Source: Candidatus Omnitrophota bacterium
GTDB taxonomy: Bacteria > Omnitrophota > Gorgyraeia > Duberdicusellales > Duberdicusellaceae
Direction: 5' to 3'
Length of the DNA stretch: 64,000 nt
Assembly (NCBI GenBank): GCA_016932855.1
Contig: JAFGCB010000064.1
Span: 1,767-65,766, forward strand
The number at the start of each line of letters is the position of its first letter. Position 1 is the first letter of the stretch. A model generated the notes under the pieces. It was given only the letters and a program-made list of their open reading frames with translations. It made no database searches and was not told where the DNA came from. The position numbers were made by a program, and so were the translations under genes. Below are positions 62,823 through 64,000 of the stretch, one piece after another.

Positions 62823-64000
62823 ATGAACGATACCAGGCGTACTAAAATTCTTCTTGTGGCTCTTAATCCCGGTTCGCTGTATATTTACGGCGTAAGAAGC
62901 CTTAGCGCTGTTTTAAACTCCCAGGGCTTTGATACAAGGATACTCTTTTTCTTTCCTAACCAATTCGCTTGGGACAACGATAAGGCTATAAGTAATTTTA
63001 TTCAATTCTGCGTAAATTTCGACCTTATCGGTTTTTCCTTTACTTCTTATAACTTTTTTCTCGCGGTAAAACTCGCTGAGGCCATTAAACGAAACAGCCC
63101 GGATAAGATTATCCTTTTCGGCGGCGCTGACCCGACTGCCGAACCCCAGCGCAGTTTAAAGGTAGCTGATGCTGTTTGCGTCGGAGAAGGCGAAGTAGCC
63201 TTGCCGGCATTTGTTAAGGCCCTGGAAGAAGGCAAGGCCAAGCCTTCTGTCCCGGGCTTATGGCTTAAGGATCAAAAAGAAAATTTGAACCAGCCGCTGC
63301 AGCCTTTAGTCAGGGATTTTAGCCGGATACCTACCGTGGATAATAATTTCCAGCGGCATTTTGTTTTGCATAGAGGAAATATACTTAACATAGAAGGCCG
63401 TATCGCCAAGCTCTATCTTATGAGCAATTACATGACAATGACTTCATTCGGCTGTTCGCTTATGTGCACTTATTGTTTGAATAACAGGATGAAGGTTCTT
63501 TATCCTGATTGGGCGGTTGTCCGGCGCAGGCCGGTTAAATATATTATCGAAGAATTTAAGGACGCAACTAAACAGATTCCCTGGATTCGTTCTATCGATT
63601 TGGTTGACGATGATTTTGGTAACGCCCCTATTGAGTATCTGCGTGAATTTCAGCGGGAATACCGGAGAAATATCGGTCTGCCCTTGGATGTCATGGGTCT
63701 GCGCCCGCCGGATATCATCCCTGAAAAACTGGATGTTTTACGGGAGGCCGGCACTGTCAAAGTCCGGATGGGGATACAGACAGTTAATCAAGAGACAAAG
63801 AGTATTTTTAAGCGGGGCTATTCCAATGATTTTCTTATGGAGAAAATCAAACTTCTCAATCAATACAAAGAAGCCTTCTACGGCATTCGTTACGATTTTA
63901 TTATTGATACTCCCTGGGATATCCAGGGAGCTTCTCTTGAGACGCTGGAATTTATTTCCCGCATACCGTCTCCTTTCATTGTGAATATTTTTACCTTGGC
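62823..64000 (+). CDS. cobalamin(B12)-binding radical SAM enzyme, paralog 6 (3'-truncated by window edge)
   Basis: Read directly from the sequence: ATG at 62823 opens a frame that stays open to the window end. N-terminus MNDTRRTKILLVALNPGS… (B12-binding-like) and CxxxCxxC (FGCSLMCTYC). It is not in the supplied ORF track, presumably because it has no stop. The tracked 63517-63984 ORF lies in another frame and is likely spurious. Confidence 0.7.
   Translation, partial: MNDTRRTKILLVALNPGSLYIYGVRSLSAVLNSQGFDTRILFFFPNQFAWDNDKAISNFIQFCVNFDLIGFSFTSYNFFLAVKLAEAIKRNSPDKIILFGGADPTAEPQRSLKVADAVCVGEGEVALPAFVKALEEGKAKPSVPGLWLKDQKENLNQPLQPLVRDFSRIPTVDNNFQRHFVLHRGNILNIEGRIAKLYLMSNYMTMTSFGCSLMCTYCLNNRMKVLYPDWAVVRRRPVKYIIEEFKDATKQIPWIRSIDLVDDDFGNAPIEYLREFQREYRRNIGLPLDVMGLRPPDIIPEKLDVLREAGTVKVRMGIQTVNQETKSIFKRGYSNDFLMEKIKLLNQYKEAFYGIRYDFIIDTPWDIQGASLETLEFISRIPSPFIVNIFTL

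Noticed and set aside
63517-63984. Plus-strand 155-aa ORF in the track near the 3' end
   Set aside because: It is in a different frame from, and fully inside, the open frame starting at ATG 62823. That frame encodes a clear B12-binding radical SAM protein (FGCSLMCTYC motif). The 63517 ORF product has no recognisable features.
1-64000. Mobile elements, integrases, tRNA/rRNA genes, toxin-antitoxin or defence systems
   Set aside because: No transposase/integrase-like ORFs, no tRNA-like cloverleaf candidates noticed, no inverted terminal repeats bounding segments. The window reads as uninterrupted glycan-biosynthesis coding sequence.

Overview
The window is a 64-kb, densely packed, single-strand glycan biosynthesis and tailoring super-locus with 58 predicted genes, all on the + strand. 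Many adjacent genes overlap by 1-8 nt. I found no rRNA, tRNA, CRISPR array or mobile element.

Protein family calls were made by eye from diagnostic motifs. No database search was run, so start sites and family assignments are provisional.

Readable content, in order:
(i) 5' end: a gmd-fcl GDP-fucose pair.
(ii) ~1.6-11.3 kb: a likely second nonulosonic acid (NulO) pathway. It has a NeuB-family synthase, an SpsF/NeuA-family cytidylyltransferase, a CBS-GHMP kinase fusion, a nucleotidyltransferase, a DegT and a class-IV aminotransferase, and two xylose-isomerase-like TIM-barrel proteins. Two SDR oxidoreductases lie just downstream, and an extended-SDR epimerase/dehydratase starts the module.
(iii) ~14.3-22.1 kb: a complete pseudaminic acid pathway (pseB, pseC, pseF, a fused pseG-pseH, pseI) with an inserted Gfo/Idh/MocA oxidoreductase plus DegT aminotransferase pair.
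(iv) ~22.1-36.3 kb: a large tailoring block. It contains a formyltransferase, two PP-loop N-acetyl-sugar amidotransferases (one followed by an amidase-signature enzyme), tandem amidohydrolases and methyltransferases. It also contains an acyl-ACP cassette of GNAT, a DUF4910-like protein, an AAC(3)-like/FkbH-like/GNAT tri-domain protein, a MaoC dehydratase and a ketoreductase-ACP fusion. This cassette resembles the Campylobacter flagellin-glycan di-O-methylglyceroyl machinery.
(v) ~36.4-50.1 kb: assembly and export genes. There are two HP-motif GT-B putative (ulo)sonic-acid transferases, two MOP flippases, a Wzy/O-antigen-ligase-like protein and an unusual GT2-TM-alkaline-phosphatase-superfamily fusion.
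(vi) ~50.4 kb onward: a PglC/WbaP-type initiating phosphoglycosyltransferase, a TPP-dependent E1 alpha/beta pair flanked by a repeated hairpin element, a GDP-heptose module (hddC, hddA, gmhA) and more tailoring enzymes.

The most striking feature is six paralogous cobalamin(B12)-binding radical SAM enzymes plus one SPASM/twitch radical SAM enzyme spread through the locus. Together with five methyltransferases and four DegT aminotransferases, this suggests a heavily C-/N-/O-modified, probably undescribed, nonulosonic-acid-containing glycan.
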